From: Auanema rhodensis
Taxonomy: Eukaryota; Animalia; Nematoda
Direction: 5' to 3'
Assembly: GCA_964057225.1 (NCBI GenBank)
Contig: OZ059897.1
Coordinates: 2,852,001 to 2,916,000, forward strand
DNA: 64,000 nt
The translations under genes and the position numbers were made by a program. The notes beneath the pieces are model-generated. The model was not told the DNA's origin. It did no database searches and was given only the letters and a program-made list of their open reading frames with translations. This document shows, in pieces, positions 54,826-64,000 of the stretch; position 1 is the stretch's first letter, and every line of letters starts with the position of its first letter.

Positions 54826-55038
54826 CTTGAAAATGCACCGAGATATCAACTGATATATGTTCACACTTATATCCTCGATTTTCACCCTGAAGAAATGATT
54901 TTTTCGTTGAAAAACATTGTCCATCGTATTCGTCTTGAAAAAAGGAATCTAAAAACTTCTACTTTTTGTGAAATTATTTAGAAATTTTTCGGGAAAATTT
55001 TTGTCACAATGTTGATTTGATTTGAAGATTTGAGTTAG
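54826..55038. repeat. Second copy of the truncated 213-bp monomer
   Basis: The identical insert GATTTGATTTGA is at 55014-55025, 1121 bp after the first copy. Confidence 0.95.
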
Positions 55039-55740
55039 CTTAAAAATGCACCGAGATATCAACTGATATATGTTCACACTTATATCCTCGATTTTCACCC
55101 TGAAGAAATGATTTTTTCGTTGAAAAACATTGTCCATCGTATTCGTCTTGAAAAAAAGAATCTAAAAACATCTACTTTTTGTGAAATTATTCAGAAATTT
55201 TTCGGGAAAATTTTTGTCAAAATGTTTTTGGAAGCAATGTTGAGTGTACATGGGAACTCAACATACACTAATGCATTATTTTTCAAACGATCATAACTAA
55301 TTTTTGTATGGAGCGTTTCTCAATGTAGTATAGTGCATTCGATGCGGATTTTTAAGCTGCGTTGATCTGTGTCATCAGATTTGCGCTAGCTTAAAAATGC
55401 ACCGAGTAATCAACTGATATAGGTTCACACTTATATCCTCGATTTTCACCCTGAAGAATTAATTTTTTCGTTGAATAACATTGTCCATCGTCTTTGCCTT
55501 GAGAAAAGAAATCTAAAAACTCCTACTTTTTGTGAAATTTTTTAGAAATTTTTCGGGAAAATTTTTGTCACAATGTTTTTGGAAGCAATGTTGAGTGTAC
55601 ATGGGAACTCAGCATACACTAATGCATTATTTTTCAAACGATCATAACTAATTTTTGTATAGAGCGTTTCTCAATGTAGTATAGTGCATTCGATGCGGAT
55701 TTTTAAGCTGCGTCGATCTGTGTTATCAGATTTGAGTTAG

Positions 55741-58700
55741 CTTAAAAATGCACCGAGATATCAACTGATATATGTTCACACTTATATCCTCGATTTTCAC
55801 CCTGAAGAATTATATTTTTCGTTGAATAACATTGTCCATCGTTTTAGCCTTGAAAAAAGGAATCTAAAAACATTTACTTTTTGCGAAATTATTCAGAAAT
55901 TTTTCGGGAAAATTTTTGTCAAAATGTTTTTCGAAGCAATGTTGAGTGTACATGGGAACTCAGCATACACTAATGCATTATTTTTCAAACGATCATAACT
56001 GATTTTTGTATAAAGCGTTTCTCAATGTAGTATAGTGCATTCGATGCGGATTTTTAAGCTGCGTCGATATGTGTTATCAGATTTGAGTTAGCTTAAAAAT
56101 GCACCGAGATATCAACTGATATATGTTCACACTTATATCCTCGATTTTCACCCTGAAGAATTAATTTTTTCGTTGAAAAACATTGTCCATCGTATTCGTC
56201 TTGAAAAAAAGAATCTAAAAACATCTACTTTTTGTGAAATTATTCAGAAATTTTTCGGGAAAATTTTTGTCAAAATGTTTTTGGAAGCAATGTTGAGTGT
56301 ACATGGGAACTCAACATACACTAATGCATTATTTTTCAAACGATCATAACTAATTTTTGTATGGAGCGTTTCTCAATGTAGTATAGTGCATTCGATGCGG
56401 ATTTTTAAGCTGCGTTGATCTGTGTCATCAGATTTGCGCTAGCTTAAAAATGCACCGAGTAATCAACTGATATAGGTTCACACTTATATCCTCGATTTTC
56501 ACCCTGAAGAATTAATTTTTTCGTTGAATAACATTGTCCATCGTCTTTGCCTTGAGAAAAGAAATCTAAAAACTCCTACTTTTTGTGAAATTTTTTAGAA
56601 ATTTTTCGGGAAAATTTTTGTCACAATGTTTTTGGAAGCAATGTTGAGTGTACATGGGAACTCAGCATACACTAATGCATTATTTTTCAAACGATCATAA
56701 CTAATTTTTGTATAGAGCGTTTCTCAATGTAGTATAGTGCATTCGATGCGGATTTTTAAGCTGCGTCGATCTGTGTTATCAGATTTGAGTTAGCTTAAAA
56801 ATGCACCGAGATATCAACTGATATATGTTCACACTTATATCCTCGATTTTCACCCTGAAGAATTATATTTTTCGTTGAATAACATTGTCCATCGTTTTAG
56901 CCTTGAAAAAAGGAATCTAAAAACATTTACTTTTTGCGAAATTATTCAGAAATTTTTCGGGAAAATTTTTGTCAAAATGTTTTTCGAAGCAATGTTGAGT
57001 GTACATGGGAACTCAGCATACACTAATGCATTATTTTTCAAACGATCATAACTGATTTTTGTATAAAGCGTTTCTCAATGTAGTATAGTGCATTCGATGC
57101 GGATTTTTAAGCTGCGTCGATATGTGTTATCAGATTTGAGTTAGCTTAAAAATGCACCGAGATATCAACTGATATATGTTCACACTTATATCCTCGATTT
57201 TCACCCTGAAGAATTAATTTTTTCGTTGAAAAACATTGTCCATCGTATTCGTCTTGAAAAAAAGAATCTAAAAACATCTACTTTTTGTGAAATTATTTAG
57301 AAATTTTTCGGGAAAATTTTTGTCAAAATGTTTTTGGAAGCAATGTTGAGTGTACATGGGAACTCAACATACACTAATGCATTATTTTTCAAACGATCAT
57401 AACTAATTTTTGTATAGAGCGTTTCTCAATGTAGTATAGTGCATTCGATGCGGATTTTTAAGCTGCGTCGATCTGTGTTATCAGATTTGCGCTAGCTTAA
57501 AAATGCACCGAGTAATCAACTGATATAGGTTCACACTTATATCCTCGATTTTCACCCTGAAGAATTAATTTTTTCGTTGAATAACATTGTCCATCGTCTT
57601 TGCCTTGAAAAAAGAAATCTAAAAACTCCTACTTTTTGTGAAATTATTTAGAAATTTTTCGGGAAAATTTTTGTCACAATGTTTTTGGAAGCAATGTTGA
57701 GTGTACATGGGAACTCAACATACACTAATGCATTATTTTTCAAACGATCATAACTAATTTTTGTATGGAGCGTTTCTCAATGTAGTATAGTGCATTCGAT
57801 GCGGATTTTTAAGCTGCGTTGATCTGTGTTATCAGATTTGCGCTAGCTCAAAAATGCACCGAGTAATCAACTGATATAGGTTCACACTTATATCCTCGAT
57901 TTTCACCCTGAAGAATTAATTTTTTCGTTGAATAACATTGTCCATCGTCTTTGCCTTGAAAAAAGAAATCTAAAAACTCCTACTTTTTGTGAAATTATTT
58001 AGAAATTTTTCGGGAAAATTTTTGTCACAATGTTTTTGGAAGCAATGTTGAGTGTACATGGGAACTCAGCATACACTAATGCATTATTTTTCAAACGATC
58101 ATAACTAATTTTTGTATGGAGCGTTTCTCAATGTAGTATAGTGCATTCGATGCGGATTTTTAAGCTGCGTTGATCTGTGTTATCAGATTTGCGCTAGCTT
58201 AAAAATGCACCGAGTAATCAACTGATATAGGTTCACACTTATATCCTCGATTTTCACCCTGAAGAATTAATTTTTTTGTTGAATAATGTTGTCCATCGTC
58301 TTTGCCTTGAAAAAAAAAATCTAAAAACTCCTACTTTTTGTGAAATTATTTAGAAATTTTTCGGGAAAATTTTTGTCACAATGTTTTTGGAAGCAATGTT
58401 GAGTGTACATGGGAACTCAGCATACACTAATGCATTATTTTTCAAACGATCATAACTAATTTTTGTATAGAGCGTTTCTCAATGTAGTATAGTGCATTCG
58501 ATGCGGATTTTTAAGCTGCGTCGATCTGTGTTATAAGATTTGAGTTAGCTTGAAAATGCACCGAGATATCAACTGATATATGTTCACACTTATATCCTCG
58601 ATTTTCACCCTGAAGAATTAATTTTTTCGTTGAATAACATTGTCCATCGTCTTTGCCTTGAAAAAAGAAATCTAAAAACTCCTACTTTTTGTGAAATTAT

Positions 58701-61700
58701 TTAGAAATTTTTCGGGAAAATTTTTGTCAAAATGTTTTTGGAAGCAATGTTGAGTGTACATGGGAACTCAGCATACACTAATGCATTATTTTTCAAACGA
58801 TCATAACTAATTTTTGTATAGAACGTTTCTCAATGTAGTATAGTTCATTCGATGCGGATTTTTAAGCTGCGTCGATCTGTGTTATCAGATTTGAGTTAGC
58901 TTGAAAATGCACCGAGATATCAACTGATATATGTTCACACTTATATCCTTGATTTTCACCCTGAAGAAATGATTTTTTCGTTAACAAACATTGTCCATCG
59001 TATTCGTCTTGAAAAAAGGAATCTAAAAACATCTACTTTTTGTGAAATTATTTAGAAATTTTTCGGGAAAATTTTTGTCAAAATGTTTTTGGAAGCAATG
59101 TTGAGTGTACATGGGAACTCAGCATACACTAATGCATTATTTTTCAAACGATCATAACTAATTTTTGTATAGAACGTTTCTCAATGTAGTATAGTTCATT
59201 CGATGCGGATTTTTAAGCTGCGTCGATCTGTGTTATCAGATTTGAGTTAGCTTAAAAATGCACCGAGATATCAACTGATATATGTTCACACTTATATCCT
59301 CGATTTTCACCCTGAAGAATTAATTTTTTCGTTGAATAACATTGTCCATCGTCTTTGCCTTGAAAAAAGAAATCTAAAAACTCCTACTTTTTGTGAAATT
59401 ATTTAGAAATTTTTCGGGAAAATTTTTGTCACAATGTTTTTGGAAGCAATGTTGAGTGTACATGGGAACTCAGCATACACTAATGCATTATTTTTCAAAC
59501 GATCATAACTAATTTTTGTATAGAGCGTTTCTCAATGTAGTATAGTGCATTCGATGCGGATTTTTAAGCTGCGTCGATCTGTGTTATCAGATTTGCGCTA
59601 GCTTAAAAATGCACCGAGTAATCAACTGATATAGGTTCACACTTATATCCTCGATTTTCACCCTGAAGAATTAATTTTTTCGTTGAATAACATTGTCCAT
59701 CGTCTTTGCCTTGAAAAAAGAAATCTAAAAACTCCTACTTTTTGTGAAATTATTTAGAAATTTTTCGGGAAAATTTTTGTCACAATGTTTTTGGAAGCAA
59801 TGTTGAGTGTACATGGGAACTCAGCATACACTAATGCATTATTTTTCAAACGATCATAACTAATTTTTGTATAGAGCGTTTCTCAATGTAGTATAGTGCA
59901 TTCGATGCGGATTTTTAAGCTGCGTCGATCTGTGTTATCAGATTTGAGTTAGCTTAAAAATGCACCGAGATATCAACTGATATATGTTCACACTTATATC
60001 CTCGATTTTCACCCTGAAGAATTATATTTTTCGTTGAATAACATTGTCCATCGTTTTAGCCTTGAAAAAAGGAATCTAAAAACATTTACTTTTTGCGAAA
60101 TTATTCAGAAATTTTTCGGGAAAATTTTTGTCAAAATGTTTTTCGAAGCAATGTTGAGTGTACATGGGAACTCAGCATACACTAATGCATTATTTTTCAA
60201 ACGATCATAACTGATTTTTGTATAAAGCGTTTCTCAATGTAGTATAGTGCATTCGATGCGGATTTTTAAGCTGCGTCGATATGTGTTATCAGATTTGAGT
60301 TAGCTTAAAAATGCACCGAGATATCAACTGATATATGTTCACACTTATATCCTCGATTTTCACCCTGAAGAATTAATTTTTTCGTTGAAAAACATTGTCC
60401 ATCGTATTCGTCTTGAAAAAAAGAATCTAAAAACATCTACTTTTTGTGAAATTATTCAGAAATTTTTCGGGAAAATTTTTGTCAAAATGTTTTTGGAAGC
60501 AATGTTGAGTGTACATGGGAACTCAACATACACTAATGCATTATTTTTCAAACGATCATAACTAATTTTTGTATGGAGCGTTTCTCAATGTAGTATAGTG
60601 CATTCGATGCGGATTTTTAAGCTGCGTTGATCTGTGTCATCAGATTTGCGCTAGCGTAAAAATGCACCGAGTAATCAACTGATATAGGTTCACACTTATA
60701 TCCTCGATTTTCACCCTGAAGAATTAATTTTTTCGTTGAATAACATTGTCCATCGTCTTTGCCTTGAGAAAAGAAATCTAAAAACTCCTACTTTTTGTGA
60801 AATTTTTTAGAAATTTTTCGGGAAAATTTTTGTCACAATGTTTTTGGAAGCAATGTTGAGTGTACATGGGAACTCAGCATACACTAATGCATTATTTTTC
60901 AAACGATCATAACTAATTTTTGTATAGAGCGTTTCTCAATGTAGTATAGTGCATTCGATGCGGATTTTTAAGCTGCGTCGATCTGTGTTATCAGATTTGA
61001 GTTAGCTTAAAAATGCACCGAGATATCAACTGATATATGTTCACACTTATATCCTCGATTTTCACCCTGAAGAATTATATTTTTCGTTGAATAACATTGT
61101 CCATCGTTTTAGCCTTGAAAAAAGGAATCTAAAAACATTTACTTTTTGCGAAATTATTCAGAAATTTTTCGGGAAAATTTTTGTCAAAATGTTTTTCGAA
61201 GCAATGTTGAGTGTACATGGGAACTCAGCATACACTAATGCATTATTTTTCAAACGATCATAACTGATTTTTGTATAAAGCGTTTCTCAATGTAGTATAG
61301 TGCATTCGATGCGGATTTTTAAGCTGCGTCGATATGTGTTATCAGATTTGAGTTAGCTTAAAAATGCACCGAGATATCAACTGATATATGTTCACACTTA
61401 TATCCTCGATTTTCACCCTGAAGAATTAATTTTTTCGTTGAAAAACATTGTCCATCGTATTCGTCTTGAAAAAAAGAATCTAAAAACATCTACTTTTTGT
61501 GAAATTATTTAGAAATTTTTCGGGAAAATTTTTGTCAAAATGTTTTTGGAAGCAATGTTGAGTGTACATGGGAACTCAACATACACTAATGCATTATTTT
61601 TCAAACGATCATAACTAATTTTTGTATAGAGCGTTTCTCAATGTAGTATAGTGCATTCGATGCGGATTTTTAAGCTGCGTCGATCTGTGTTATCAGATTT

Positions 61701-64000
61701 GCGCTAGCTTAAAAATGCACCGAGTAATCAACTGATATAGGTTCACACTTATATCCTCGATTTTCACCCTGAAGAATTAATTTTTTCGTTGAATAACATT
61801 GTCCATCGTCTTTGCCTTGAAAAAAGAAATCTAAAAACTCCTACTTTTTGTGAAATTATTTAGAAATTTTTCGGGAAAATTTTTGTCACAATGTTTTTGG
61901 AAGCAATGTTGAGTGTACATGGGAACTCAACATACACTAATGCATTATTTTTCAAACGATCATAACTAATTTTTGTATGGAGCGTTTCTCAATGTAGTAT
62001 AGTGCATTCGATGCGGATTTTTAAGCTGCGTTGATCTGTGTTATCAGATTTGCGCTAGCTCAAAAATGCACCGAGTAATCAACTGATATAGGTTCACACT
62101 TATATCCTCGATTTTCACCCTGAAGAATTAATTTTTTCGTTGAATAACATTGTCCATCGTCTTTGCCTTGAAAAAAGAAATCTAAAAACTCCTACTTTTT
62201 GTGAAATTATTTAGAAATTTTTCGGGAAAATTTTTGTCACAATGTTTTTGGAAGCAATGTTGAGTGTACATGGGAACTCAGCATACACTAATGCATTATT
62301 TTTCAAACGATCATAACTAATTTTTGTATGGAGCGTTTCTCAATGTAGTATAGTGCATTCGATGCGGATTTTTAAGCTGCGTTGATCTGTGTTATCAGAT
62401 TTGCGCTAGCTTAAAAATGCACCGAGTAATCAACTGATATAGGTTCACACTTATATCCTCGATTTTCACCCTGAAGAATTAATTTTTTTGTTGAATAATG
62501 TTGTCCATCGTCTTTGCCTTGAAAAAAAAAATCTAAAAACTCCTACTTTTTGTGAAATTATTTAGAAATTTTTCGGGAAAATTTTTGTCACAATGTTTTT
62601 GGAAGCAATGTTGAGTGTACATGGGAACTCAGCATACACTAATGCATTATTTTTCAAACGATCATAACTAATTTTTGTATAGAGCGTTTCTCAATGTAGT
62701 ATAGTGCATTCGATGCGGATTTTTAAGCTGCGTCGATCTGTGTTATAAGATTTGAGTTAGCTTGAAAATGCACCGAGATATCAACTGATATATGTTCACA
62801 CTTATATCCTCGATTTTCACCCTGAAGAATTAATTTTTTCGTTGAATAACATTGTCCATCGTCTTTGCCTTGAAAAAAGAAATCTAAAAACTCCTACTTT
62901 TTGTGAAATTATTTAGAAATTTTTCGGGAAAATTTTTGTCAAAATGTTTTTGGAAGCAATGTTGAGTGTACATGGGAACTCAGCATACACTAATGCATTA
63001 TTTTTCAAACGATCATAACTAATTTTTGTATAGAACGTTTCTCAATGTAGTATAGTTCATTCGATGCGGATTTTTAAGCTGCGTCGATCTGTGTTATCAG
63101 ATTTGAGTTAGCTTGAAAATGCACCGAGATATCAACTGATATATGTTCACACTTATATCCTTGATTTTCACCCTGAAGAAATGATTTTTTCGTTAACAAA
63201 CATTGTCCATCGTATTCGTCTTGAAAAAAGGAATCTAAAAACATCTACTTTTTGTGAAATTATTTAGAAATTTTTCGGGAAAATTTTTGTCAAAATGTTT
63301 TTGGAAGCAATGTTGAGTGTACATGGGAACTCAGCATACACTAATGCATTATTTTTCAAACGATCATAACTAATTTTTGTATAGAACGTTTCTCAATGTA
63401 GTATAGTTCATTCGATGCGGATTTTTAAGCTGCGTCGATCTGTGTTATCAGATTTGAGTTAGCTTAAAAATGCACCGAGATATCAACTGATATATGTTCA
63501 CACTTATATCCTCGATTTTCACCCTGAAGAATTAATTTTTTCGTTGAATAACATTGTCCATCGTCTTTGCCTTGAAAAAAGAAATCTAAAAACTCCTACT
63601 TTTTGTGAAATTATTTAGAAATTTTTCGGGAAAATTTTTGTCACAATGTTTTTGGAAGCAATGTTGAGTGTACATGGGAACTCAGCATACACTAATGCAT
63701 TATTTTTCAAACGATCATAACTAATTTTTGTATAGAGCGTTTCTCAATGTAGTATAGTGCATTCGATGCGGATTTTTAAGCTGCGTCGATCTGTGTTATC
63801 AGATTTGCGCTAGCTTAAAAATGCACCGAGTAATCAACTGATATAGGTTCACACTTATATCCTCGATTTTCACCCTGAAGAATTAATTTTTTCGTTGAAT
63901 AACATTGTCCATCGTCTTTGCCTTGAAAAAAGAAATCTAAAAACTCCTACTTTTTGTGAAATTATTTAGAAATTTTTCGGGAAAATTTTTGTCACAATGT
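55741..64000. repeat. 12-monomer higher-order repeat (4212 bp), about two near-identical copies, with an internal 3-mer duplication
   Basis: GAATAATGTT at 58281/62493, TTATAAGATT at 58531/62743 and TTAACAAAC at 58981/63193 are all offset by 4212. TTTTCGAAGC at about 55928, 56981, 60140 and 61193 gives spacings of 1053, 3159 and 1053. Confidence 0.93.

Larger units (their letters stand above)
1..64000. repeat. Tandem satellite DNA array, 351-bp monomer, about 183.5 copies, AT-rich, single orientation, extending beyond both window ends
   Basis: CTTAAAAATGCACCGAG recurs at 1, 352, 703, 1054, 1405 and on to 63814. Monomer bookkeeping closes exactly once seven 1-bp indels and three short monomers are counted. 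Monomer 1 has 107/351 G+C. No non-satellite sequence was seen apart from two copies of a 12-bp junction insert. Confidence 0.99.

Noticed and set aside
53828-55137. Two minus-strand 62-aa ORFs with a novel junction peptide
   Set aside because: They are by-products of the 213-bp truncated monomers.
5333-55296. Repeated 62-77-aa plus-strand ORFs (MIFSLKNIVHR..., MNNIVHRL...)
   Set aside because: These are the same monomer frame, open only where a TAG at monomer position 154-156 is CAG or TAT, or where a homopolymer T insertion shifts the frame. Most monomers carry the stop. The F/K/I/N-rich composition simply reflects A/T tracts, and there is no recognisable domain.
1-64000. CRISPR array, or a diversity-generating or antigenic-variation cassette array
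   Set aside because: There are no unique spacers, no variable region with adenine-specific mutation, and no cas, reverse transcriptase or recombinase genes. Variation is sparse SNPs inherited in duplicated blocks.
1-64000. Assignment to a named satellite family (for example the 340-360-bp beetle or Drosophila 359-bp satellites)
   Set aside because: Length and AT content are similar, but I cannot verify sequence homology without a database search.

Overview
The whole 64-kb window is one uninterrupted, head-to-tail, single-orientation tandem array of an AT-rich 351-bp satellite monomer (about 30% GC by hand count of monomer 1), most likely eukaryotic centromeric or pericentromeric heterochromatin. 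Taking CTTAAAAATG as the start, there are 183 complete monomers plus a partial one (63814-64000). Of these, 180 are 351±1 bp and three are short (213, 206 and 213 bp, at 53705-55038). I find no credible genes, RNA genes, transposon insertions or CRISPR arrays; all listed ORFs are stop-codon-loss variants of the same monomer frames. The notable biology is in the array architecture. (i) It is a patchwork of local higher-order repeats and duplications with periods of 2, 3, 4, 6, 8, 10, 12, 14 and 18 monomers that change every few kb. (ii) It contains a 150-bp deletion filled with a 12-bp insertion copied from the flank, a polymerase-theta-like repair scar. (iii) A 1121-bp out-of-register tandem duplication, joined at a GTC microhomology, copied that scar. 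(iv) One monomer is a three-part chimera. (v) The monomer is rich in inverted repeats and may be an ancient diverged dimer. I cannot assign a species or a named satellite family, and I see no evidence for a novel protein-coding system.
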